This document shows, in pieces, positions 24,254 through 37,155 of a stretch of DNA of 64,000 nucleotides. The first letter of the stretch is position 1. The number at the start of each line of letters is the position of its first letter. The notes beneath the pieces were generated by a model, which did not search any database, had not been told where the DNA came from, and worked only from the letters and a program-made list of their open reading frames with translations. The position numbers and the translations under genes are program-made. Where the stretch lies: assembly GCA_010093605.1 (NCBI GenBank), contig MU004186.1, positions 910,616-974,615 of the forward strand, given 5' to 3'. This stretch comes from Lophium mytilinum. Its lineage: Eukaryota.

Positions 24254-27200
24254 ATGACTTCCATCAGCCGCATTACAACTGCTCTCTTCTCGGGGTCCCA
24301 AGAAACGACGGTCGCGCTTGCAAACATTAATTTTGATTTTGCACTCGTGAAGGCAAGACTATTCTGTATAACACTGCTCAGCGTTTCTAACACGAGGCAG
24401 GTTGAAGCACCAGTAGAGTACCATGGCGTTGGGGCCATGCTGTCTCGAAATCGCCGCATCATTGCTGAAGGTGGGACAGCGCATATCACCGCACGCAAGT
24501 TAGGGGCCCTCTTCGAACACAAGCTCCCAAAGACTCCGATACTCTTCGATTGCTACGGGAGGCGGGCTTCTGAGGTAGCTTCTAGCCCTCTCTTTGAAGA
24601 TCCGCCCTCCAAGTTCAATGGCATATTCGCCGATCAAGTTGGCGTTGATGGTACGAGTATTTGGGCCGCTGCAACCTCTGGTAAAGGCGCCATTGCAGTA
24701 CATCTTTTAGCATGCATGTTAGCTCGTATGTGGTCAAGTACAGAGGCAACATCAATCTGGGCGGAGATAATCGAAGAGCGCAAGAAAGAATTATCGAACG
24801 TTGATTGCTCCGAACCGGTCTCATTCGCTACTCTAGCCGCGGCTCAGATCACCATCCCAAGGGAGCAGCTAGCTGAGTGGGACAGCAGCGCTCGTGCTTG
24901 GCTGCGAGCTGCTGACGCGGCGTGCAATCGACAACAAACACAGTTAATGTTGATCTTGAAGAACATCAATATTCCCGTCAATCATGAACAGAAAAACCTC
25001 TTTCATAGTGTCGTTTCGGCCTGGAAAACTGCCCTCTCTATGATGGAAAAGCTACTCAGTGGCGTTGCTCAGAGCATTACGCAATCCCAGGAGCATGGAG
25101 AGCTCCTTTTGGCCTTGGCTAGCTGGCATCTCTATCCAGACCTGTTGGTAAGTTTCATTATCTTTGTCGTGATTCGGCCTCCGGTTTTTGCGTATTTGAC
25201 TGGAAGTTGATCAATCACAAGGTTCTAGGAGAGACTTTGATATCGCAGAAAGATAAACTAGTCCCCGCAAGTGCTATTCTCTCTGTAGGGCTCCAATGCT
25301 CCCCCGCTCAAGAGGATACTGGAATACACTGGTCTTTGCCACTCGCGCATTTCAGATTTTACGGCCCTCCGAAGCTATCGAGCCGCGCGATATGCTCTGA
25401 TGGCGAGAGACTTTCGATAAGCCAGTTCATGCAGGTAGCTCTCGGGAGCTTGCTCACGACTTGGTCGACTGATGGATTTCTTACAACAGACGACTCCACG
25501 CTGATAATCGACCTTTGGAACTACTTGACCGTGGATCCCAAGACAATAGCGTCGAAAACCCTTCTAAACTCAGCGAATTGGCTTAGACCCCTCGTGGACG
25601 CCGCAAAATGTCTGAATGGCCCCGCCGGGTTTGCACGAAATGTAAGTGCCAGGCTGGTGGGCTTAGGTCATAGAAGAGCCAAGGATTTACTTAAGCCCTC
25701 TGATCCCCTTTTCGGCTTACTGGCACCGGAAACTTTCACAGGTCTACTGCAAGGACCTGAAAGCAAAATCAAAGCGTTCCGGAGCATTGCCTCAAAATTG
25801 GACCTCGACCCGGAGAGTGTGATTATCCGATATCGGAATCCTAGTATCAACAAGAATGGGGAAAGAGATGAAGATGGTTTGAAACGAAGACTGGCTAGTT
25901 ACTATGCGCCATCAGGTAAGTAGGGGTTCTAAATTCATGTTGTAAAAGCTAATGAATACGTGTTAGAGCGTGTTTTTAACGCAACTCAAATGGACTCACA
26001 CGAGTCCCCTTCACATAGTCTGATACCGTGCCAACAGGAGACCGAAAGCCCTGACGCATCCAAGGAAGATGAGGTCATGAATCGAACTTGGACACCGATT
26101 CAAAAAGAAACCACTAATTTTGACGTACTGAGTGGAGATGAAGTCACGGATCAGTGGGAAGAGTTTTGGTCGGCAAGCCTTCCTGCCGATACAGAACAGC
26201 AGAGGGAATCGACAACCATCAATCCAGCCGATACAACGTGGGAGCCGCCGTCATTCAGAGTCCCGAGCATTTTAGATGACGCGAGTCTCTTTGCCATTGA
26301 TCCTTTTTTCTATGCATCTGGAGCGCAGAACGAGCACCTTACCCGGAAGCGAGACCTTGAGGGATCCCGAATTATGTCAAAAGGCCATAACCGTTGGTTA
26401 CCTAGGGGAACTACTGTGGACCGGGAATATGTTCTTCAGCTCGAGCAAGAAACTAGCGAAACTTGCCACAGTTTAGAAGAGCTGAAATTAACTCAATCGA
26501 TTGATGAAATGCTAGTCATGGACGATTCGATCTACCTACACGTCATAGGGGATCCAAACGACTGCGCCATGTATGTCAAAGACTCTAGAGCAAAATCAGT
26601 ATCACACTTGCCACATATGGGCTTCGAAGACATCAAGGAAGCATTCCAAGCAGGATCACTTGATGTTAGTGGAGTGTTCAATCATCTCCAGGATAACCTG
26701 CCGACCAGTTCTAGCATTAGCATGCGTGCGTTAGGGACTATTGCTAATACCTACGACCATATAACAAACGCAACCATCGCTCTTCGTGCCATCTACACTC
26801 CTCTACACCATTGGGAGTGGTATCTAGCCTCTAGCGCGAAATATCTTGCAAAGGAACCACAACTAGACGACGATTTTGCCAGGGAGGAGTCCAAACACAA
26901 CAGTTCTACTGGGAACACTGCTGTTTCCGAGGAGCCATGCCTCACTTCCAGGAGCACTGAGACGGAGGGGTCCTTGTCACCCTTTAAGTTGACCTGTGCG
27001 GAGACGTTCGCACTCGTAGCGGGTATGGAGAGTGGGGAATCTAACCTGAAACCATCGCAGCTATCGGGTGTTATGGCCATGTCTTCAAGTGACTCGATAT
27101 ATTTGGCAGCCCCGCTACTCGTGGATCCCGCTGAGAGTTTAGATCTCCGTCACGACAGACCGAAAATTAAGCGCATCATGGGAAACATTGGAAAAGCCGG

Positions 27201-27759
27201 CATCGCAATGCTTGTTCCGCCACCAGAACCTCAGATAAAGTCTTCCGACTCCGCCAGCTGGCAATCCATCAACCATGCACCGTTTGACGGGAGTATGGAA
27301 GATTGCTTCCAAGGAACGTCTCTTCAACTTTCTTTCACAGACTACAGTCTTGGGATCGATACCGGCGTTCATGGGTCGAGAGACTCAGAGTCATATTTCG
27401 TGGAAGCTCTCGTCTCTGTCCATGACAAAGGCCAGTGGATTGCCGATTTGGACGTTCTCTCCGCACTCGAGAACGATTGTATCGTTCCAACACCACCCTA
27501 TGTGCTGAAAAAGCAATGCGGACACTCTGATAAATGCATTCCCGCTTTTGGCTTGATCTCTGTGGACAATTGGAGTGAATTCCTGGACAAACCGAAGAAT
27601 CCACTCGTTTTTCGAGCGCACGGGAACTGGGTTGCTCGACTAGCTGCGCTAGCCATAAGCGCCAGCCGAAAGGAAGGCGTTGTGGTTGTTCCAGATGATG
27701 CGAAAATCTGCTGGCGCTGTGCTCGGGATGACGGCCGAGCATCTACATTCATTTACTAA
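24254..27759 (+). CDS. Large uncharacterised fungal protein (4 exons, first intron GC-AG)
   Basis: Three long consecutive ORFs are joined in frame by introns starting at 25148 and 25915. A probable 48-nt GC-AG intron lies at 24353-24400. The C-terminus has a CWRC motif. No family recognised. Confidence 0.8.
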
Positions 27760-27760
27760 A

Positions 27761-28405
27761 GGGTTGTAACGAATCAAGTCGCGGCTTATGCACGGCCTGG
27801 CCTGGTTTCGGAGCAATATCAACGACAACATCGCACCGGATTCACTGAAAGCAGCGCGATTCCGAGAGGCAGTGCTGTCCTAGTCTTGGATCAGTATGAC
27901 AGGGGGGGTGCGGTATCGATTCAACGACCGAGATCGGGTGGTGTCGGAAAAAGATCCTCGACTTGTTCGCGCGCATATCGACACTGAAGCAGACGCTTAT
28001 ACATACGACTTGAGCGTAGTCATCACTCTGGAGGCCTGGACGATATGGATCGAGTGCGCATTTCCGAGATATGGCGACGAGCAAGGTCCTTATTGTGACG
28101 CGGACACCTCGGTGTACTTTGAGGGCATGGTGGGTAATCGGTTAGGCATTGGGTACTTCGACGACATGATCAGTTTAGAAGGTTTGCCCTGTCGGTGCAA
28201 AGCAGTGCGGATTGCCCAAAGGTGCTACCTGGGGCGTACGGGAGAGCGGAATATCGTGTACTCTCTTCTGCTTCAACCTGACAGCAAAGTAGACTCCCAT
28301 TGGCGGAGGATTGGAATTGCGATTTTTGATGAAGTGGTGGAGGCAGGTGCAGAAGTCACTGAAGTATATGATTGGGGTTGTCGAGAGGAGTTGGAGTTAC
28401 GTTGA
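27761..28405 (+). pseudogene. C-terminal remnant of a HET-domain (heterokaryon incompatibility-type) protein
   Basis: One frame reads GL*RIKSRLMHGLAW...VLS*SWISMTGGV...YSLLLQP..WRRIGIA, matching the AGLW..L..GLLW, PSWSWAS and terminal RRVG motifs that follow HET domains. Stops at 27767 (TAA) and 27881 (TAG) sit at conserved Trp positions. The HET domain itself is absent. Confidence 0.75.
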
Positions 28406-29208
28406 TTACGTTACTTATTTTGCACTTCGAACGGTACATGGGTGGGATTGAGGTCGACCTGCTCACGCAGAGAAACTACTATTTTTAGTGCAAAATTTAG
28501 TAGTCCTTAAGAGTCTGCAATGAATGTGACCTGGTAGCATATGTCGCGGACGGATCCATTATACATAGGCGATAATGCAATTAGTGCATATTCTATATCG
28601 AGCATTCCAAGTGCGGTCACTTCACAGTTTCCCGCGATGTGACCCCTTCCAGAGACCAAACCCTTGGCATCATCGTGTGTTCTTCTGAATATAGGTTGAA
28701 GTTTGGCAGCAAAAGATGGGAAGCATAATGGTTCCTATTCTTGTCCGAATAGTCGCTCGATTTCCAGCCTAATTTAGCAAGCCATTGACATCAAGCACCG
28801 ATAAGACATCTATGCGGGGTGGGCTCGATCTGAGTCGATTCCAAAGCCAGAGCACATGGAGATTCCCACCTCTCGGGTATCGTTGCCACTCCGAATGCAG
28901 CACTAGACGTGGTGCGTACCATGGTTGTCGCCAGACTCATCCGTGGAACCACACAGCCAGACCCTCACGGGTTTTTGGCTAGCGGGATGCGCACCTATCC
29001 TCAAAGAACCATGGATCCTCGAGCGTTCGCTCCATGCAAACGTTGCCGGTGCGACTTTGTACGATGCACGGCGTCTGATATGTAACCGTTGCCCAGGATA
29101 AGTGACTGTGCTTGGCACGCACAGATGCGGAGTCAGTGAGATGCGGAAACATGCGGACAGCCCTGTTGTGGATGTAGAACAGTCGTCGGGCGTCTTGCCC
29201 CCGGGGCA

Positions 29209-29867
29209 TCAGTCGCCATATTGCTCAGTCTCCTCGTCGGGAATAGTGGCGCTGCCGTAGATCTCCCCCACAAGTTTCACAAACTCTTTCATGCCCTCTG
29301 TGTCGCCGTCTCTTTTGCCCTGCCTTATGCCTTTGAGCACATACAGCGCGTCGTTCTCTCCTTTCTTAGGAGTCCACGGGACAGTGTCTCTACCCCCTCT
29401 TCCACCTCTTCCGCCTCCCCTGCCTCGATACCCGAATCCACGTCCACGGCCCCTCTGTCCTCGATATGTTCCACCGCTGTGTTGCTCAAGGTGGTCCTGT
29501 TGCTGTGAAGTGTCGGGCGCAAAAGTCGCCGCGTAGACTCTACGTAGATCGTCGCGAAGCGTTGGGTGTGCGGCAAGTAGTGCTTGCATAGATGGGTGGT
29601 CTGCGAGGGTTGAGAAATCACCTGGTTTGGGTGCTGGTAGAGCAACAGGTGCGGGTGCTTTGAACTCGGAGATCGGAGCAGTATCTGTGGCTTTGCTTGA
29701 GGAGTGTTCGGATTCTTTGTGACTCTTGTAGCAAGGAATCGAGCAGCTGTGAATGCATTAGTGGAACTCCGGCTGTATGGAAATATATATACGAACTATG
29801 GCAGTTGGCAGGTTGGGCATTTGTACTTCTGCGGCGCCTGAAAGCACACGCCACAGAGTGCGCTCAT
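29209..29867 (-). CDS. HIT1: HIT-type zinc finger protein (box C/D snoRNP assembly factor), 2 exons
   Basis: Spliced N-terminus MSALCGVCFQAPQKYKCPTCQLPYCSIPCYKSHK is a zf-HIT pattern. There is an RGG-rich insert and a C-terminal GMKEFVKLV. Confidence 0.85.
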
Positions 29868-30045
29868 CTTGGAAGATTTGCTGTATTCCGGTGTTGTAGG
29901 AGGGATAAGGCCGTTTTGCTGTGGACTTGAGTGAAGAAATGGTGATCCGTGGTTGAAGGTGTCCGAGCTTTATACAATTGTCCTTAAGCGGCTAGGAACT
30001 TCTCACCACCGAGAGGCCATTGAACCGCACCACTTCGTCCACCAC
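29868..30045. promoter_or_regulatory. Compact bidirectional promoter between HIT1 and COX11
   Basis: The two start codons diverge with only 178 bp between them. No individual sites are supportable. Confidence 0.6.
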
Positions 30046-31032
30046 ATGATGAATATATCCACGCCGCTACTTCGGTCTGTAGGCCGTAGCGTGCGAGTTG
30101 CAGAGCCCTGGATATGCCATTCCTGCGCTCGCCCAGCCAGAATAGTGCCCCGCCACCGGTCAAACATCCTCCCTCCAGCGCGCAGAAGTCTCAAGACGAC
30201 CCAGGAGTCGCGCTCGAGTGCTACATCACCAATGGAAGATGCGCAAGCAGCGTTCAAGACGAGGAATCGGACGACCGTGTATGGATTTCAGTGCCACCTA
30301 GGCTGTCGAAAATACTAACACTATACCAGCTACTACGTCCTGAGTACGATTCTAGGCACAGTAGCTCTTTCATATGGCTCTGTGCCATTCTACAAGATGG
30401 TAAGTACGACACTGCAGCGTTTATAGAGCTTCACTAATAAACCTCGCTGCCAGATCTGCCAAACAACCGGATGGGGTGGTCAGCCCATCAAATCCGCCGC
30501 TCACGCCTCCTCCTCCAGCGACGACCCCTCCACACGCCTCAAGCCTCTAGCTGACGCCAGACGGCTGAGGGTAACATTCAATGGCTCTGTTTCCGACGTA
30601 ATGCCTTGGAAGTTCACCCCGCAGCAGCGCGAAGTACGAGTCGTACCTGGCGAAACTGCCCTCGCCTTCTACACGGCCACAAACCTGTCTGATGAGGATA
30701 TAATTGGAGTGGCGACATACAGTGTAGTGCCCGGCCAAGTTGCGCCATACTTCAGCAAGATACAATGCTTCTGCTTTGAGGAACAGAGACTAAATGCGGG
30801 CGAAACTGTGGACATGCCTGTCTTCTTTTACATCGATCCAGAATTTGCAGAAGATCTGAATATGAGGAAGATTAATGACATAACGTTGAGTTATACATTC
30901 TTTAGTAAGCACAACATCTCCGCAAACAGCCCCACTCGCTCTAGATTTCAAGTGCAACTGAGTTCAAGACTAATGGCACTCGCAGAGGCACGTTATGACA
31001 AACAAGGTCATTTGAAGCCTGTCGCGGCATAG
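30046..31032 (+). CDS. COX11: Cytochrome c oxidase assembly protein Cox11, 4 exons
   Basis: Presequence, LSYGSVPFYKMICQTTGWGG, MPWKFTPQQREVRVVPGETALAFY and copper-binding KIQCFCFEEQ. Confidence 0.97.
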
Positions 31033-31499
31033 GGTGCAATATCACACCAGTGGCCGTTTTGTAAATATACTGTTTTTATGTTAATGTTGCATCGGATGGG
31101 TGGGCTCTTCCTGCATGGTTGGCGTTGGATTCGTAGCAAACTGTAGTAAAGGTAAGAGTACCAGAGCCCGAAGACCAAACCTCTCAATTAGCATAAAAGT
31201 TTGTGAAGATATGCAAGCGGCCGTGGCTTCTTTTTTTGGTGACAAGTGACAGGGGAGCTGCAGGGACTTTCCGAATTAGCGAATAGGAAACTCGGGCTTC
31301 TTCCCCAGCATTGACCGACATATGCAGACATATGCAGACCTCATGTACGTCCCTCAAAAGGTGTCGCCTCGCAATCTTCAGCGTCTGTCCTGTCAACCCC
31401 GCTCTGTGCCCCAGTTTCCAGGGCTTCCTGGCTTCCATGTTATCCACCTGTGACGACTCTCTCCAATCTTGAAAGTGGTGTCGGCTGCCCGTCAGCATC

Positions 31500-33441
31500 A
31501 TGGCTATTTTCGAAACGCGCCTCGATTTTCTTGTACAGCATTGGCCGGCTCTCCTCGTCGCCCTCCTCGTGACCTTCGTTTCAACGAAAGCAATCTTTCG
31601 ACTCTATTTCCACCCATTGGCAAACGTACCGGGACCCAAACTCGCTGCCGTGACCTGGCTGTATGAGTTCTACTACGACATAATCAAAGGAGGCCAAGGC
31701 GTCTTCCAACTGAAAAGACTTCATGAGAGACATGGTTAAACCCCAATGCGGTCCCAATCTTGAAAGACACTCTGCTAAATCCAGCAGGCCCGATCATTCG
31801 CATCACGCCAAACGAGGTTCATGTTAACGACCCTTACCTCATCGATGTAGTGTATGCCGGAGGAGGCAAGAAAGTCAATAAAGACCCGTACTTTGTTGGC
31901 AGTTTTGGGTAAGTGCATATCTTTTTTTGTGACACTGAAAGAATAGATGCTGACTGGAACAGAGTTCCAGAGGTTAGAAAGCAAGTCCTCCACCGTTGAC
32001 TAACATTGACACTCAGGATAGTCTGCATTCCTCACCGTCGAGCACGATCTCCATCGTACCCGAAGAGGAGCTCTCAATCGTTTCTTCTCCAAGAGCTCGG
32101 TCCGAGAATCCGAGCCTTTCATCCAAGAAGCTGCTCAAAGGTTCTGCCTCAGGCTTGAGGAGTACTCCGGAAAAGGTCCTGTCACACTGTCAGCTGCGAC
32201 GTCTACTTTCAGCACGGATGTCATTAACGAACACAACTTCGGCTTCCGATCTAACTACCTGGATGGCAAAGAATTTAAGCCTAATCTCCAGAATGCTCTC
32301 GATGGACTATCTAATTCGCTTCAGCTCATGAAACAGTTTCCATGGTTGCATCATGTGATGCGGATGATCCCTAAGTCAGTCACAGCTTCTGAAGTAAGGT
32401 ACTCTACTGACGGCATGGCAGCTCTCTCTTCATCCGAATGGATCCTGATATGGCGGAATACTTCGCCCACGAAAATGTATGCCCGCCTTCTCCATCAGTG
32501 AATCTACGTGGCTAACAGTAAAATAGCGCGTTCGCGAACGGCTAGATGAGGTGATTGCTCGCATTAAGAATGGGAAGTTGTCTGAGCACTATACTATATT
32601 CGATGAGCTACTCAGAGGCACACTGTCCGAGGAGGAGAAACGCCCAGAAAGAGTGTTCCAAGAAGGACTAGTTGCTGTTTCTGCAGCTTCGGAAACAACC
32701 GCATGGGGTAAGCTGAATACGTGATGTATATGTGCGACTAGCAACTACTAACCTTCATTTCAGCTCTCACAGTTGGACTGTTCCATGTCCTGAACCGGCC
32801 TGCTGTTCTATCGAAGCTACGCGCCGAACTGGAATCCAATATTCCAGATGCTTCCGAGCTACCGCCGTTGGCGGTGCTCGAGCAGATGCCATACCTCAGT
32901 GCAACTATCAACGAAACTCTCAGAAGATCGTACGGTGTCGCCAGTCGCCTGCCGCGCATTCAACCAGATCACCCCGTCCACCTCCGCTCTCACGTAAAGA
33001 AGGGATCTACAGGTGTTGAAGAGGAATTCGACTACGTTATCCCGCCTGGCTATCCAGTCTCAATGAGCTCCGTGCTTGTTCATACCAACCCAGATATCTT
33101 TCCCGACCCATACGCTTTCTCACCAGAGCGCTGGTTGAACAGAGAGGGTGGCCGTCGCAAGGATTTGGACAGATACCTCCTGAGCTTCTCGAAAGGCACT
33201 CGACAATGCATCGGCATCAAGTACGTGTGCCCCAGGTCTCACTATTTGGTTGGCTGCTAATGTGAACTCTACTAGTCTCGCACACGCGGAGCTATTCATC
33301 TGTATTGCTACGTTTGTACTGCGCCTGGGAAACAGACTCAAGCTCTATGAAACGACCGAGGAAGACGTAGAGATTCAGCGCGATTGTTTTGGGCCTCGCC
33401 CGAAGCATGGCTCGAAGGGAGTCAGAGTTCTAGTGAATTAG
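31500..33441 (+). CDS. Cytochrome P450 monooxygenase, multi-exon
   Basis: N-terminal TM then HPLANVPGPKLAA, GPIIRITPNEVHV, I-helix AASETTA, ETLR, PERW and heme motif FSKGTRQCIG. Confidence 0.95.
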
Positions 33442-33755
33442 GAGTGCAGTCTGCGAGCGTGCGTTCCTCGCCGTCGTCAGATTGATTATGGAATAGTTTA
33501 GATCTATGTGCTTCTCGTTAATTTCGATAAGCTCAGTCTAGCAAGAATATTCTAGGAGCAGCTACAAAGATTTCTGTGATTGTGGCTTGCTCACAACGAC
33601 ATGCTAGTAGGCGCAAGACGTAATCAGGAGTATATTCTGCTTCACTGAAACCCTTTTAAGTAGCGCAGCGCTGCCCTAACTTCAAAACAGCTATTCAACC
33701 GCTGCATTCACTTACTCGTTCCCTAGGTCGCATATTTAAAGCCTCGATCCCACCC

Positions 33756-35127
33756 ATGGCAGACAGCTTCTCAATAACAACCAGCACACCATCCAACAAC
33801 ACCCACCCTCAAAGTACATCCACCAGACCTGTTGCCAAACCACAGGGGCGACCATCAACACATCTACAGTTCGCTCCCATGCCGCCGTTACCTAAGCTTA
33901 CATCCGCCACTGAAGGAGGCAAAAAGCGCTCCATCTCTGCGCTACACGGCTCACATAATGGCGCCGTGTCTATTCCCGATCGTCAAGCCAAGGCCCTGAA
34001 GAAAGGACCAGGCGCAATACCGGCTTCCGCGTCGGGGCCTGGCTTCCTCGAGCGCTATATCTGGGGCTGCTCGTCTGCTCCTAGGGACGTCGTCAACAAG
34101 ATTGAGCTCGACACCCAGGGCGACCTCTGGCTCCTGATTCGCGCCGCACCCAACCAAGCAGACAACTTCATCGGTGTTCGTGTAGCGTCTACCTTTTTGC
34201 GTATGGCTAGTACTGTCTGGGCCGAGCAACTGCAGAAGAACAAGAAGCTTGAGGACATGAAGCTGGAAGCTGAGGATGATGATCCGGAGGCCTTGCTGTT
34301 TGTTCTCCGTGCGATCCATCTGAGGGCTACGGAGCTCCCTAAGCAGCTTACTTTCGATGAGGTTGTCAAGGTGGCGGTTGTTTGTGCTAAGTATGATGCC
34401 GTCGCGACAGTCAATTGGAAGTTGTTCATTCGCGATCGCATCGATAATTTTGCCAAGGCAGCTGGGACTTCTAAGGACTTCGAGGATGGTACGGATGCTC
34501 CGCTTCTGAAATGGTATCTTGCACCGGGCAAAGAGGAATGGGCATTTGTCGCTTGGACTTTCGGCTTCGCGTCCGACTTCATCACCCTGGCCAAGTATCT
34601 CATTCGAACTGGTCGTACAGATGGAAAAGGCAATTTGCTGAATAGCAAGGGGCACGAAATGAATGGAAACTTTCCTCCCGGAATGATCGGTATGCACATT
34701 CCCTCGACTTCCCCAGACAGCTCAATAGCTAAACTGAAACACAGACTTCATGCTCCAAGCTCGGTCAGCAACTATGTCCCGACTTCTTGACTCGACCTAC
34801 GCCATCTTTAGGCGTCTCCTCGCCTATCCGACCGAGCATCTCTGCGAAGCGGACAAGCAAAAGATGGACCGCAATTGTGGAAACTTCGCGACTTCGCTGA
34901 CGAAGCTGGGGCTGCCTATGGAGCGGCCCGATGTGTCTGCCTTCCACAATAGCATCGAAGAGCTCGTGGAGCTGCTGAAGAAGATGAGGTTCGACGCCCC
35001 AGGCGATCAAGCAGACGTCTTCAGGGGCATGTTCTGGGATCATATTATCGAGCAACCCTTGGAGTACTTGCCTGACAGCGTTCCCGACGAGTTTCTTAAG
35101 CACATGGCTTCGCAGGCGGCCAAGTAG
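33756..35127 (+). CDS. BTB/POZ-like domain protein, 2 exons
   Basis: DTQGDLWLLI..RVASTFLRMASTVW..EDDDPEALLFVLRAIH..VAVVCAKYD is typical of fungal BTB proteins. The intron is at about 34690-34744. Confidence 0.8.
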
Positions 35128-36025
35128 ATTCCGGGGTAGCCAGAGGCGGAGGTGGCGATGGGGTGAGCTGCACCGACGAAAGTAGTGTGGGTGCTCCTAA
35201 TTCTTACGTTGGCTGACCGTTCCCTTCTGTCGTAGTCATGTTGTGATGAATTAAGAGAACTTTGACCGTCATAACGGAGACCGTTCATAGCGGGGTTTTC
35301 AAATACATTGCTGGCTAGGTGACAAAGGGGGCCGGATGGAATCATTATTTAGATTTCTTTCTATCGAGGTGAATGGTATTGTAGTGACGGCACTTAAGTC
35401 GAGTGCGTAGGTATCCATGGCTCTTCTAGTTCAGCAAAGCGCTCCTAATTGCAATTGAATCTTGATGGCACACATTTGTGATGGACGTGAAGTATGTGAA
35501 AAATTTGAGAAACCAGTTAGTGGATGGTTTGACATCCCTGCTACTAGCACTGCAATAAAATCGCTAATACTTGTTCACGATCGATGTTAGAAAGCTTGAG
35601 ACACGCGTCAGCTTAATTGTTTATATCTATGGTGGAGAAGAGTGACGAACGTGTTCAGTCTTAACCGTCTCACATCCTATTTACCCAAAACTTGACCTAG
35701 TGTAGCATGCCCACTCCCATACCAGGTATTTCCCGGAGGTATGTCCGTCGAAACTACATCTGCGGGCTTGCACCATCAATCTACCCATTCAATGTCTGTA
35801 TGCCTGGCACATCCTCCCCTCATTTCTACAGTAACATCTGCTTCGGGGCCCGTGGCTGAGGTTTCCAGGCCGGCGACCCAGCTCAGCGCACATCCCTGTT
35901 GGATTCGTGCGTAGCGGTACTTGGTGTGGGTGACAAGCAAACCGCACAGCTATGCTTTTCTCCTTCTGCTTTCTCTAACTTTGTAGGGTTCGATTTCGGA
36001 ATGGTTGACTTGGTTCTGGATTCTT

Positions 36026-36351
36026 TCAGGTCGCTACAGCAACCTTCTGTGCATCTTCCTTCTTCTCTTCTTTGGGGAGATCATCCTGCGGCGCAACCAT
36101 GATCAGCACTTATAGGAAATCCAAAAGATGCCATTCGCAAGAGCAACCTTTCTGCACATCGAAAAACTCACCACTTCGAATATGACCTTGATCATAAGGC
36201 TACAACTTGGACAGACTGCCACCTCTTCTCCGTCCCGCAGGTCGGCGATGGCGATCTCGAATCTGTCGCCGCAGGGGCATGGGTAGTGATATATCTCCAA
36301 AGCGGAATCGTAGGTCATGTCTTCGATCTCGATCTCGTCGTAGAACGACAT
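36026..36351 (-). CDS. DPH3: Diphthamide biosynthesis protein 3 (CSL zinc finger), 2 exons
   Basis: [37 protein letters not shown]. The second exon encodes [19 protein letters not shown]. Confidence 0.97.
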
Positions 36352-37155
36352 CTTGAGCAGTTGCGTCGGCCGATGGTGGAGGTGTTTGTCGGATTTTACG
36401 TGGCGATCTTCACAAAAGTTGTGACTGGGGTTAGGCTTGGCGGTCACATGATCAAAAATGATCACGCCCTCCACGCTTACCAGGGCTACTGCTAAGGCTC
36501 AACCCAGTTTCAGTACGCGCCGGACATCGTGCTAGGTGAAGTAGACTCAACACTTCTCGTATTCTCATGTGGCCAAGACTTGCCCTGTTGGGATATTTGG
36601 CTTCCAGGGGCTGCCCAGGTGGCTTCGCGGCAACTTCTGACCTGTGCACCCCTACATAACTATACAGTACAACAGCATCTCGCTACCAGCAGTCTCCGGC
36701 TGGCGTCTCTGTAGAGGCACGCTGCGGCGTACCAGAGCTGCTGAAGCGTCGCGTTGAGACCTTTTCCCCCTAGCCAATTTCCGCGTAACCACAAGTCCCC
36801 TTCCATTAAAAGGATACAGACATCGTGATTTCATGTTTTTTAGTCCGGGCATCACTCACATCTGCTTTTCGCATTGAAAAAAGTGGTGTTGTATCCAGTC
36901 AAGCCTCGTCAGAGCTGCTAGCTAGCCGGGGGTATTTTGCCTGATTGCACCCAATATATTTGGAAAGATCCTGGTGTTTCAAGCGCATCTCATATCCGGG
37001 ATATGAAGCCGATATATGTATCCCTACACGTGTCCTAAGTATTTCAATCAACCTCTTTATATCGATGGGTTTCTCCACGCAGGCTTTTTGCTTCTTCTAA
37101 AATTTATGTATACTCAAAAGTGCTTTGCGGTCTTGCCAATACAGCAGTCATCGCC

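Noticed and set aside
33951..34699. Two minus-strand ORFs (248 and 214 aa)
   Set aside because: Antisense to the BTB-like gene.
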